Shown: positions 33,602 to 42,144 of the stretch, piece by piece
How the letters are laid out: each line of letters begins with the position of its first letter
How positions within the stretch are numbered: the stretch's first letter is position 1
Source: Acidobacteriota bacterium
GTDB lineage: Bacteria; Acidobacteriota; Thermoanaerobaculia; Multivoradales; Multivoraceae
Direction: 5' to 3'
DNA length: 64,000 nucleotides
Assembly (NCBI GenBank): GCA_026707325.1
Contig: JAPOXA010000165.1
Coordinates: forward strand, 22,481-86,480
The notes under the pieces: generated by a model
Seen by the model: only the letters and a program-made list of their open reading frames with translations
Database searches by the model: none
Told to the model about the DNA's origin: nothing
Position numbers and translations under genes: made by a program

Positions 33602-33646
33602 GTTCAACGACATGAAGATCCTACTTGCGCGGATCGCAGTTGTCAA
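33602..33646 (-). promoter_or_regulatory. class B promoter-leader module
   Basis: -35 TTGACA (33641-33646), 17 nt, -10 TAGGAT (33618-33623), CGTTGAAC (33602-33609). Confidence 0.6.
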
Positions 33647-33706
33647 CTCACGACAGCACTGCCGAACAAGGATCGCGGGCGGTGGCCGAGATGTCGCACC
33701 TGACTT

Positions 33707-36700
33707 CTAGGCGTCGGCCTGTTGACGCTTCCAACGGAGGTACTGCTGCCGGCAATATTTGTCGACCCGGACGTCGGGATCGCGCCAGATGACCTCGAAC
33801 TCTCGGTGGCACTTCCGCCCCATGAGGTCCCAATACTTCGCTCGTGCGATCTTGTTCGCTTTCTCAATGTTCGTCGGTGAAATGCGGCAGGCGATCGCGC
33901 ACAGTTCCGGCCAGATGTCGAGACTCGGCGGCCACGGAAGGTAGTCGTCTTCGCCATCGACGCCTCGAACCTCTGTCAGTTCGCCTGGACGGGACACGAG
34001 CTTTCCCCTTGGGCGCACTCGAGTAGCGCCGCAGGCTGGACATGACTCCATGTCTTTCTCGAGTACGAAACCGCACCGGCACCGCATCTCCGCAGCCTTG
34101 CGCTTGTAGCTCACCGTGCTGACGCGCCTGGGGCGTGTACTCAGCTTTGGACAGCCCTCTGCGAAGAACCTGAAGATCTCGTCCATGAACCGGAGGTAGT
34201 TGCCCGAGTTATGAGTCAGGAGCCCTTCCACAGTGAAGCGATTTCTGGGTCCGGCTCCACGAATGTCCCATACCTCCCTTTCGGTTTCAACGACGGCAGG
34301 GACCACCGTTCGGCGATCTCTTCGTCCGTCAAGCCCTCGACCATCAACGCTCTGAGCGTGGCATCTCGATAGCGGACCTCCGGGTACTTGATCTTGAACG
34401 CATTCATACGCGGAGACCACTTGGTTCCGCGCCTGTTGTTCGTGTTGAGAATCCGAGTAGCCCAACGCAGGTTCCCAGGCTCGTAGTGACCGTCGTTCTC
34501 GACCCGGTCTAGATCGGGCAACGGAGGCTCGGGCACTCCTAGATGAGCGACGACCCATCGCGCGGCAACGGCCACCGACTTCCAGCGAAACTCGATGCCA
34601 CGACCGCCATAGTTGTCGTATCCAACCGCGTTGGGGTTTGTGCAGCGCTGCTTCGCCGCGGCAAGACGCGCGTACAGCCACGAGGGGTAAGCCTTCGGCC
34701 GTGCCTGATTGCACCATCGGCAACCCTGGCTGCGGCCTCGTCTTAGATTCTGATACGAGACGACGGAGCGAAAGCCACAGGTCACGCACTCGCAGATGAC
34801 GTACAGCTTCCTTTCGTCTCGATGGCCCAGACGAAGAGCCGTAGCGGAAACGACCTTGACTGAGCCTAAGCGCTTGCCCTCCAAATCCGGTCTCTGCGAT
34901 TCCAAGGCGTCGATCCGCGGCCTCCCGTAGCGTGGCCCAGCCTTCTGATGTGTAGACCTTGTGATCTTCAGTTCCGATGAGTCCTGCATACTCGATGACC
35001 TTCCGCCTGCCAACGCGGACAGCGCCACAATGATGAACCCACTCAACGCCGTCCCAAAGCAGATCGGTGCCTAGTATATCTCGAATACACTGCAACCCAC
35101 GATCTCTTGTTAGCACTCGCTGGTCAGCCGCAATGCAGTGGTCGATGAGCAAGCCGTACTTCTTGCCTGAAGCGGCGCGCATGACCCGGCCGAGACGCTG
35201 AATCTCCAGGTCGACTGCCTTCCTCAGTGTGTAGGCGTCGATCATGACTCGGGTCTGCGGCACGTCGAAGCCCTTGGCCAACGACGAACAAGAGATAAGA
35301 CCTAGGTACTTTCCCTCTCTGTACGCATCAATGATCGGCTGCTTCTCCTTCCACTTCTGCTTGTAGGTGATCGAGCGGAAGTCATGGCCACGACGCTGGA
35401 ACCGCTGTGCGAGGTCCTGGCAATCCGCCACTGATGGACAGAAGACGATCGTCTGCACTGGCTGGCCGTAGAACTGGTCGCACCGCGCCTCCCACTCACC
35501 GAGGATGTCGCCCGTGATTGCCTGGACACGCCGGCCGAGGTCTTCTCGAACGTACTCCCCATCGCTCTTGCGCTGAACACCAACCGTGTTGACCTGGATG
35601 TTGGGGGCAACCACTTTGATCGGACTCAGGTAGCTGCGCCTGACCAGTTCGTTCGTGTTCGAGGCATTCACCACGTCCTGGTAGTGCTTGCCGCACTTGA
35701 ACGGCGTTGCCGACAGACCGAGCAGCGTGATGTCCTTCTCCCTGATCTGGCGCAAGATAGAAGTCCACATCGTGTGACAGTTGCCAGCCACGCAGACTTT
35801 CCCGTTTCGGCGAACCACAATCGCCCCGGAAGGAACTTCGACGCAGTAAACGGGGCCACAGTACGGCACCCTCGACCTTCGGGCAGTCTGAGTTGAAACG
35901 CTGTCAACATTCCAGCCAATGAAGAGACGCCAAATGTCTCTGTGCTGCTCAGACTCATGGACCTGCCGAGTCTTTCGGCAACGGCAACCAGCGATAGCAG
36001 CCAGCGCCTGATAGTAGTCGGCGACCGACTCATCGGCCGTCGAGAAATAGCCCAACCCCTCTGAAACCTCGCTACCGTCCCAGTGCAGCATCTCCTTCAG
36101 CACTGCCAGCGCTGACGACGCGGACATCGAACCAGGAGGCATCAGGCTCGGAAGATGCAGCATGGCAGCGTCAACTCCATACACGAAGAACCGTCGCTTT
36201 GCTCGATTGCACTTTCCCTCTTTCCACGAGAAGCTACCGCGCTTCATGAGCGCTAGGAACCGGTCGATCTTCCGCTGGCGACTGAATGAGAAAGCCAGCG
36301 TCGCTCTTCCATCTGCCCATCTATAATGAAGGTTGCCGTCCGCCTGAAACGCAATCGCCAGCCTGTGGAATGTCCGAAGCTCCACGGGTGGCATCGACGA
36401 CTTTCCTGAAACAGGGATGCGCCGATAACCATTCAGCTTGACATCCTTGGCACGGTCTTTGTGGACTCTACCAACGGGAGTAGTCGTAACGACATCATGG
36501 TTCGGTGTCACCAGAAGATCGGCATGTCGATGCTGGATGTGAACAAGCTCTCCATCGAAGTTCTGCTTGATCTTCCTGGCCGGACTCGTGAAGTCGATGC
36601 TGCCATCTGAGTGCCACTGCGCGACTTTCTCGCTGCCAAGATCAGCGAAGGGCACAAAGCCAGATTCCGTCAAAATCTCCGTGCTCGCGTGAAAACACTC

Positions 36701-37117
36701 GTCGATGACCACAAGATCGGGAGGCTCTTCGCGTCCCGTGACCTTGTTGATGTAGTCGAAACCTCGACGGATCAGGGTCTGAGCCGAGCAGATCACCGTG
36801 CGGGACCAAAGGCCACGGGTCATTCCGTGCATGAGCACCCCGTGGCGGATCCCATAGCTGGAGAACCGTCGGCTGGTCTGGCGCACCAGTTCACGCTGGT
36901 CACAGATGAAGAGAGAGTGGCTCCCCTTCGTCTGTGACGACTTGATGATCGCCATCGACATTTCGGTCTTTCCCGATCCTGGCGGAGCGCAGAGGACCAG
37001 CCGCTTAGCGCCGGCCCGGTACTTTCGCCGAAGCTCGTTGACCGCTGTGATCTGGTAGTCGTAGAGGGTCAGACCAGATGCCGGCTGACCCGACTCATCA
37101 AGCGTGATCTGGCTCAA
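33707..37117 (-). CDS. SF2 (DECH-box) phage helicase interrupted by two inteins
   Basis: APPGSGKT (I), VVIDE|intein|CH (II), LSAT (III), QRLGRVMR (VI); C-terminal CRCG...CPACG ribbon. Confidence 0.9.
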   Translation of the reverse strand: MSQITLDESGQPASGLTLYDYQITAVNELRRKYRAGAKRLVLCAPPGSGKTEMSMAIIKSSQTKGSHSLFICDQRELVRQTSRRFSSYGIRHGVLMHGMTRGLWSRTVICSAQTLIRRGFDYINKVTGREEPPDLVVIDECFHASTEILTESGFVPFADLGSEKVAQWHSDGSIDFTSPARKIKQNFDGELVHIQHRHADLLVTPNHDVVTTTPVGRVHKDRAKDVKLNGYRRIPVSGKSSMPPVELRTFHRLAIAFQADGNLHYRWADGRATLAFSFSRQRKIDRFLALMKRGSFSWKEGKCNRAKRRFFVYGVDAAMLHLPSLMPPGSMSASSALAVLKEMLHWDGSEVSEGLGYFSTADESVADYYQALAAIAGCRCRKTRQVHESEQHRDIWRLFIGWNVDSVSTQTARRSRVPYCGPVYCVEVPSGAIVVRRNGKVCVAGNCHTMWTSILRQIREKDITLLGLSATPFKCGKHYQDVVNASNTNELVRRSYLSPIKVVAPNIQVNTVGVQRKSDGEYVREDLGRRVQAITGDILGEWEARCDQFYGQPVQTIVFCPSVADCQDLAQRFQRRGHDFRSITYKQKWKEKQPIIDAYREGKYLGLISCSSLAKGFDVPQTRVMIDAYTLRKAVDLEIQRLGRVMRAASGKKYGLLIDHCIAADQRVLTRDRGLQCIRDILGTDLLWDGVEWVHHCGAVRVGRRKVIEYAGLIGTEDHKVYTSEGWATLREAADRRLGIAETGFGGQALRLSQGRFRYGSSSGPSRRKEAVRHLRVRDLWLSLRRLVSESKTRPQPGLPMVQSGTAEGLPLVAVRASCRGEAALHKPQRGWIRQLWRSWHRVSLEVGGRCRAMGRRSSRSARASVARSRPGRERRSLRAWEPALGYSDSQHEQQARNQVVSAYECVQDQVPGGPLSRCHAQSVDGRGLDGRRDRRTVVPAVVETEREVWDIRGAGPRNRFTVEGLLTHNSGNYLRFMDEIFRFFAEGCPKLSTRPRRVSTVSYKRKAAEMRCRCGFVLEKDMESCPACGATRVRPRGKLVSRPGELTEVRGVDGEDDYLPWPPSLDIWPELCAIACRISPTNIEKANKIARAKYWDLMGRKCHREFEVIWRDPDVRVDKYCRQQYLRWKRQQADA
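34208..35137 (-). other. intein 2 (310 codons) in helicase
   Basis: Starts CIAADQRVLT after LLIDH, block B GTEDHKVYT, ends VWDIRG...FTVEGLLTHN followed by S. Confidence 0.75.
34216..34989 (-). CDS. HNH-family homing endonuclease encoded in an alternate frame inside intein 2
   Basis: GKRLGSVKVV...CECVTCG...CRWCN...YGGRGIEFRW...LDRVENDGHYEPGNLRWATRILNTNN; frame differs from the helicase frame. Confidence 0.6.
   Translation of the reverse strand: MQDSSELKITRSTHQKAGPRYGRPRIDALESQRPDLEGKRLGSVKVVSATALRLGHRDERKLYVICECVTCGFRSVVSYQNLRRGRSQGCRWCNQARPKAYPSWLYARLAAAKQRCTNPNAVGYDNYGGRGIEFRWKSVAVAARWVVAHLGVPEPPLPDLDRVENDGHYEPGNLRWATRILNTNNRRGTKWSPRMNAFKIKYPEVRYRDATLRALMVEGLTDEEIAERWSLPSLKPKGRYGTFVEPDPEIASLWKGS
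35780..36697 (-). other. intein 1 (306 codons) in helicase motif II
   Basis: Starts CFHASTEILT after VVIDE, ends KVCVAGN followed by CH; LAGLIDADG-like LAIAFQADGN and LKEMLHWDGS. Confidence 0.8.
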
Positions 37118-37419
37118 AGCTCAAGTAACCTTGCCAGTTCTTCCAACTGCCACGGCTCGAATGACTCCCCTGCCAACAGTGCGCCACCCGACAACGGCGT
37201 CTCGTCGGTCACAACCCGGACTCGACGAGCCACCTGCTCAAGATCACCGCGTATGTCCTTCACCGGACCGACCTTGATCTGCTCTTCCTGGGTCAGCAGG
37301 CGGCGCAGGTGAAACACAGGCCAGCCGCGCGGATCGAAAGACAACTCCGTGTCGATGTCTTCCGCACCCAGGCCGCCAAGCTGACCACGAGCGATCGCCA
37401 GAAGCTTCCGCTCTGGCAT
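37114..37419 (-). CDS. hypothetical protein
   Basis: 101-aa ORF, stop overlaps the helicase start. Confidence 0.45.
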   Translation of the reverse strand: MPERKLLAIARGQLGGLGAEDIDTELSFDPRGWPVFHLRRLLTQEEQIKVGPVKDIRGDLEQVARRVRVVTDETPLSGGALLAGESFEPWQLEELARLLEL

Positions 37420-37635
37420 AGGAGCCTTGATCGAGACGTGCCAGACCGGCCCGCCGAAACCTTGCTCGATTCACTCGTAGCCAGCGTTGACGGTGAGATT
37501 CACCGTGTAGCGGACCGCTGGCGGAACCTTGACTAACCGACCGTAGCGAGGGCGAACCGTCTCGCAGGCCAGATAGCAAGGGTACGCCAGCGCAGTCCGC
37601 TGGTGAGGACGGAGCTTTCTCACTCGAGCGTGACC

Positions 37636-38556
37636 CTAGCTCTTCTTCGCAGGGGCCTTCCTAGCGCCAGCCTTCTTCTTGGCCGGAGCAGCCTTCTTGG
37701 CCGGAGCAGCCTTCTCCGCTGGCGGAGCCTTCTTGACCTCGACCGCCTGGCCATCAGTCAACTGGCGGATCTGCTTGTCCTTGTCGCGCATCCGGTAGTT
37801 CAGCCGGCGGTTCTCGCGAGTGAGTTCTTCGTTCTTCGTCCGAAGCTCCTCGATCTCGCTGTCCTTGCGACGGATGACCGCCTGGAGGTCTTCGATCGTG
37901 GACACCGAAGACTCGAAACCGTCAGCAACCCGAGCATCGTCCTGAAGCTGGTTGATGATCTGGTTCTTCTCCTCGACCGTGGTCGAGCAAATGCGGAGAT
38001 CCCGCTTCAACTCCTCGTTCTCCTCGATCAGATGATCGCGCTCGATGATGCGCTTCTCGGCTGCCGTCAGCTTCGGCGCTTCCTCGGCCGCCACGTCGAC
38101 CGACGGAGTCTCAGTATCTTCCGGCGCCGAAGCCGGCGGCAGAGCCTTGAAAGCTTCGGAGACCGAACTGAAGGACTCAACCTGCTCCAGGGTGAAGCTC
38201 TGATGGAAGTGACGGTAGCGCCGCTCGGTGCGCTCCTTCATGCCGACCGTCTCGACCCACTCACGCCACGACTCGTGCTCGACGTCGCTGTCCTCCTGGT
38301 GTGCCTTGTCGTACTTCTCCTTCAGCGCGCCCAGCAGCCGACCGACGTGCCAGACCTCGGGAACGCTCCGACGCCTCAGCGTGTCGAACACTGCCTGACG
38401 CTTTCGGATGTGCTCCGCGATGTCGGACATCGACATCGAAGCTGTGTCGAGGTCGACCGGGTCGGCCTCAAGAATGGTGATCAGAGCCGGGCTCTGGATT
38501 TCAGCCTCAGCCGAGTCGTCCTGCGCGGCCTGCACGGCCTCTTTCTCGTTGCTCAT
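37636..38556 (-). CDS. DUF3102-like coiled-coil protein with Lys/Ala/Pro-rich tail
   Basis: VWHVGRLLGALKEKY...WREWVE...ERTERRYRHF; C-terminal KKAPPAEKAAPAKKAAPAKKKAGARKAPAKKS. Confidence 0.55.
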   Translation of the reverse strand: MSNEKEAVQAAQDDSAEAEIQSPALITILEADPVDLDTASMSMSDIAEHIRKRQAVFDTLRRRSVPEVWHVGRLLGALKEKYDKAHQEDSDVEHESWREWVETVGMKERTERRYRHFHQSFTLEQVESFSSVSEAFKALPPASAPEDTETPSVDVAAEEAPKLTAAEKRIIERDHLIEENEELKRDLRICSTTVEEKNQIINQLQDDARVADGFESSVSTIEDLQAVIRRKDSEIEELRTKNEELTRENRRLNYRMRDKDKQIRQLTDGQAVEVKKAPPAEKAAPAKKAAPAKKKAGARKAPAKKS

Positions 38557-38759
38557 TGAGCATTCTCCTTGTGGCGCTGTTCTTGTTTGCGACGCTTGCG
38601 AAAGCGCCTCTGCCTCTTTGTGCCCAAGCGACGTTCGCGCCGAGACGAACACTCAGGGCTACAAGTCTTGACGTGAGGATAGGACTGCCGGCGAGACTCC
38701 TTGATCGCCCTGCCGCATTCGCTACAGCCACCCCACAAAAAACGAACCAGCCGAATCAT
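38553..38759 (-). CDS. small Zn-ribbon protein with basic tail (family member)
   Basis: CSECGRAIKESRRQSYPHVKTCSPECSSRRERR. Confidence 0.45.
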   Translation of the reverse strand: MIRLVRFLWGGCSECGRAIKESRRQSYPHVKTCSPECSSRRERRLGTKRQRRFRKRRKQEQRHKENAQ

Positions 38760-38787
38760 GCGATCCGCCACTACGCGCGGCCGCACC

Positions 38788-39693
38788 CTATACATCGGCG
38801 ACCTCCTTGACCGTCGCGTACTCGCTGGCAGGCTTGCGGAAGTCCTCGGCGTAAGCATCGAACTCCTCGTCGGTCCCGTCGAACAGACCGCGGGCAAGTC
38901 GCTTGAAATCGACCGAACCCTTCTTTTCGACCATGCTCACCTGTACGCCTGATGCTCGACCGACACCCAAGGAAATGATCCGGCTACGGAGATCCTTCAA
39001 CTCGGCATCAGCCTCTTCCTTCACGCTCTTGGCGGCGAGCCAACGTGGAGCCAGGCTCTCCCACTCTTCGGACGGGGCTACGAACTGCTTGCCACCAGCG
39101 CGGAACCGCTCCCACTCGGACTTGAGCGCGGGCCAGTCAGGATCGAGTTCTTCGACCGGAATGTCGACGATGGTGTAGTCGAGTGCGTTCACCCACACGA
39201 CTACAGAGCAGAGCTTTCCCCTCTCCTGGAGGACCCCGCGCTGTTGAACCAGTTGCCACCAGAGGTGCGCCGGCAGCGCGTCTTTCGGCAGCATCCTCTC
39301 GCACTTGCGAGCCGCCACCATGAGCCTGGACTTGCTGCCCTGCTTGGCGATCGGACTCTTGATCTCCCACCAGTGACCCTCTTCCTCAAGCCACGAATCG
39401 AGTGACACCGAGTTGCTGCCGCGCTCGAAGAACGCTGCCGGAGGCAGACCCAGGTACTCCCGGACCTCCTCTTCCTTGCGGTGACCGTGGTCAAACGCCC
39501 TCTGCGCGAACTCGGACGGATCATCAGCGAGTCCGACCTTGGCAACCCGCAGGTCTTCCCAGGTCTTCATGTCGGCGTAGTACGCCGGCTGGCCCATGAT
39601 CACCGCAGCCTCCGACGCGCCGCACAGACGATCACGCCACGAGTGCCACTCCTCAGTTCCGTGCTCCAGATCGCGCTCGATCAGTTCGCTCAC
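38788..39693 (-). CDS. YqaJ-type (lambda Exo-like) recombination exonuclease
   Basis: GTEEWHSWRDRLCGASEAAVIMG...WWEIKSP... typical YqaJ motifs. Confidence 0.85.
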   Translation of the reverse strand: MSELIERDLEHGTEEWHSWRDRLCGASEAAVIMGQPAYYADMKTWEDLRVAKVGLADDPSEFAQRAFDHGHRKEEEVREYLGLPPAAFFERGSNSVSLDSWLEEEGHWWEIKSPIAKQGSKSRLMVAARKCERMLPKDALPAHLWWQLVQQRGVLQERGKLCSVVVWVNALDYTIVDIPVEELDPDWPALKSEWERFRAGGKQFVAPSEEWESLAPRWLAAKSVKEEADAELKDLRSRIISLGVGRASGVQVSMVEKKGSVDFKRLARGLFDGTDEEFDAYAEDFRKPASEYATVKEVADV

Positions 39694-40103
39694 TTGATCT
39701 CCGCAGGCGTGATCTCAAGCGGGTCGCATTCGATCTCCGCCGCGATTTCACGGACAGCCTCCTCGAAGTATTCGTTGAAGTCCTGTTGCGACATCGACTC
39801 AAAGTCCGTGGACCGGAGCTTGAAGTAGACCCGATCCGAGTCCGCAGAGATCACTTCGTCGAACATCTTGAGTTGGAACAGGATCCACTGATGGAGTTCG
39901 TGCTTTGTGCGCCAGCGGCCCGTCGCCTCGACCACGTTGGTCAGCATGGCCCAGTACAGACGATGGTGCCTGAGACTGCGGCCTTTCCTGAGTCCGATCA
40001 GGAACGACTCGCCGGGCTTGGGTGGTGGCTCCCCGGTCGGAAAGCACTTCACCGTGAACGATCGCTCGTTCACTTCCGTGATTCGACCGGGATACCACTT
40101 CAC
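39690..40103 (-). CDS. hypothetical protein (possibly DUF1367-like)
   Basis: GTG start overlapping upstream stop; ...RHHRLYWAMLTNVV...STDFESMSQQDFNEYFE. Confidence 0.45.
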   Translation of the reverse strand: MKWYPGRITEVNERSFTVKCFPTGEPPPKPGESFLIGLRKGRSLRHHRLYWAMLTNVVEATGRWRTKHELHQWILFQLKMFDEVISADSDRVYFKLRSTDFESMSQQDFNEYFEEAVREIAAEIECDPLEITPAEIK

Positions 40104-40432
40104 TTCTTCTTCGCGGCAGCCTTCTTGGCCGGCTGCTTTGACGGCTCCGGCACAGGCGCAGGCTCGACGAACTCGAGGTCTCCCTGGTTCTTGAGGAACT
40201 TCTCCTCGGCGATCCGGTGGATGTCGTCGAAGTACGCCTGGATGGCGCGGCGTGTCTCGGACTTCGCGGTTCGCAACTTCTCCCATGTCTTACCGCCGAC
40301 CTGGGCGGCTGCTTCAGCGTGGGCCTTGCATGTCCAGCCAGCGGCACTGCCGCGTAACTCGGCCACAACAGCCTGCCGGAAGATCACGGGAACCGTGATC
40401 TGCTTCTCGCCAAACGCGATCTTGCTCTTCAA
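40100..40432 (-). CDS. hypothetical protein with KKAAAKKK tail
   Basis: 110-aa ORF. Confidence 0.45.
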   Translation of the reverse strand: MKSKIAFGEKQITVPVIFRQAVVAELRGSAAGWTCKAHAEAAAQVGGKTWEKLRTAKSETRRAIQAYFDDIHRIAEEKFLKNQGDLEFVEPAPVPEPSKQPAKKAAAKKK

Positions 40433-40452
40433 CCCACTTTCCCTCCTTTGGG

Positions 40453-40788
40453 TCAGAACGGGATGTCCTCATCCTCGTTCCCGGTTTGCCGGCTCGGAGC
40501 CAGCTTCTGCACTTCGGCCCGAATGGCCGCGTGTTCCTCTTCTCTGGCTAGCTGAACCGCCCGCTGTACGCGCTCCGCAACCATCTTCTCGCGGTACCAG
40601 ATGTTCTTCCGGTAGTCACGCGCTTTGACCAGGATCTCGCTCTCTTTCGGAATAATCTCGCGAGCCTCGACCAACAGAGCGCACTCGGACTTGCTGATGT
40701 CCAGCCGCAGTTGCTCGTCGGACGGCTCTTCGGCCATCAGCCGGTTCAGGTGATCCTCGAATGAGCCTGGAGCCGGCCTCTCACTCAT
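40453..40788 (-). CDS. small protein ending in an SSB-like DEDIPF tip
   Basis: 111 aa, no OB-fold features, C-terminus ...GNEDEDIPF. Confidence 0.55.
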   Translation of the reverse strand: MSERPAPGSFEDHLNRLMAEEPSDEQLRLDISKSECALLVEAREIIPKESEILVKARDYRKNIWYREKMVAERVQRAVQLAREEEHAAIRAEVQKLAPSRQTGNEDEDIPF

Positions 40789-41566
40789 CCGAGCTTTCCC
40801 TCTGGGCCTCTTGGTCAGCGCTCAGACGATCCTTGATCCCCTTGACCTGGCGCGCGATCTCTTCTTTCGCCTGGTCGGTCAAGCGGCTGATACCGTCACG
40901 GTTGTTCTCGACCAGCTTGAGCCGGCGCTCGTCGTCGATCGTGTCGTCGGAGACGCTCCGCATGATCAGTTTGTAGAACTCGGCCGCAGCTTCCTTCTTG
41001 GTCTTGAACTTGCCCTGGCTTCGCAGAACAAGGTCAGGGCCGACAGTCCACTTTCCCGCAGGGGCTCTAGCAGCCGCGGGCGGTGGTCCATCTGCTTTCG
41101 AGTCGTCCGTGTCCCGCTCGCCGGTCGCCAGCAACGTCTTCGGCCGCAGGTAATACTTGGCGGCGTAGGTTCGCACCGAGCCGAGAGACTGGGCGTCACG
41201 CAGCCGCTCCATCACAGTGATGCGCTCCGTCTTGTCCTCTGCCGGCGCTTCACCGTTTGGAGTCATCGCCATGTCGTAAGTGGCCTTGATCCAGGGAGCT
41301 TCCGGCTTCTCTCCAGAGCGCGGAGTGAACGGTTGGATGACCTCGAGTTCTTTCTGATCCATCCAGAGACCTAGCCCCGCAGCAGCAAGAGACGGCCGAA
41401 CCGCCTTGAAGACGGCATCGGCCGATGAATAGTCGTAGCCCTTGTGGCTGTTCCTGGCATCGAACACCGCTGTCGAGGGCATCGCCAACATGGCGGCGGA
41501 AAGACCTTGCCCTTCCACCGGACGCTCCGCTTCGTCGCCCTGTTCGGGCTGCTTCTTCTCCGTCAT
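40781..41566 (-). CDS. ERF-family single-strand annealing protein
   Basis: YDYSSADAVFKAVRPSLAAAGLGL...QSLGSVRTYAAKYYL...DTDDS. Confidence 0.75.
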   Translation of the reverse strand: MTEKKQPEQGDEAERPVEGQGLSAAMLAMPSTAVFDARNSHKGYDYSSADAVFKAVRPSLAAAGLGLWMDQKELEVIQPFTPRSGEKPEAPWIKATYDMAMTPNGEAPAEDKTERITVMERLRDAQSLGSVRTYAAKYYLRPKTLLATGERDTDDSKADGPPPAAARAPAGKWTVGPDLVLRSQGKFKTKKEAAAEFYKLIMRSVSDDTIDDERRLKLVENNRDGISRLTDQAKEEIARQVKGIKDRLSADQEAQRESSDE

Positions 41567-41664
41567 GGACCCCCCTAAGGTCGGTTGAGCACCCACCGTA
41601 ACAGGACCGTGACGGAGCCGTCAAGGGGTTCGCGACCCATCGTTCTGGCGTGGATGCGCCGGCC

Positions 41665-41985
41665 TCAGGCCAGGGCCTCGCGGGCGACGTCAATCGCTGC
41701 CTGCGCCCGGTCCAGCACCTCGCGCAACTCGTCCGAGTCCACGTCCACTATCAGCCGCTCGCCATCCCACAGCCCGGCACTTTCCAGGTCGGTCAGGACG
41801 GCCGCGGCGGTAGCACCGTCGAACGGCGCGCCCCGGTTCGGGCAGGCGAACCAGTAGCGCGGACCGCTCGCCGGGTCCTGGTAGCGCACAAGGTGCGCGT
41901 CATGGCGCTTCGCCACGGCGTCCACCGCGACGGCCACGTGGTCGGGGACCCGGCCGCTGCCGAGTCCGAAGAAGTGCTCGCTCAT
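41665..41985 (-). CDS. hypothetical protein
   Basis: 106-aa ORF. Confidence 0.45.
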   Translation of the reverse strand: MSEHFFGLGSGRVPDHVAVAVDAVAKRHDAHLVRYQDPASGPRYWFACPNRGAPFDGATAAAVLTDLESAGLWDGERLIVDVDSDELREVLDRAQAAIDVAREALA

Positions 41986-42131
41986 CGTCCGCCCCTTTCC
42001 TGCGCCGCCCGGCAGGCGGCGGCAATCAGGTCGTGGAAGGCTTCCTCTGCCGGCAACAGCCGGATGTTTCTCGCGGTCACCCGGCCGTCCGGCTGGACCA
42101 TCCGCTTGCGCGAGATGCAGACTACTTGCAT
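41982..42131 (-). CDS. 49-aa micro-protein
   Basis: ATG after GAAAGGAGATCGCA. Confidence 0.4.
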   Translation of the reverse strand: MQVVCISRKRMVQPDGRVTARNIRLLPAEEAFHDLIAAACRAAQERGGR

Positions 42132-42144
42132 TGCGATCTCCTTT

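Noticed and set aside
16766-33646. Integron-like gene cassettes with attC sites
   Set aside because: There is no integrase in the window. The repeated element has promoter geometry (-35, 17 nt, -10) and sits 5' of each ORF rather than forming an attC-type imperfect palindrome at the 3' end.
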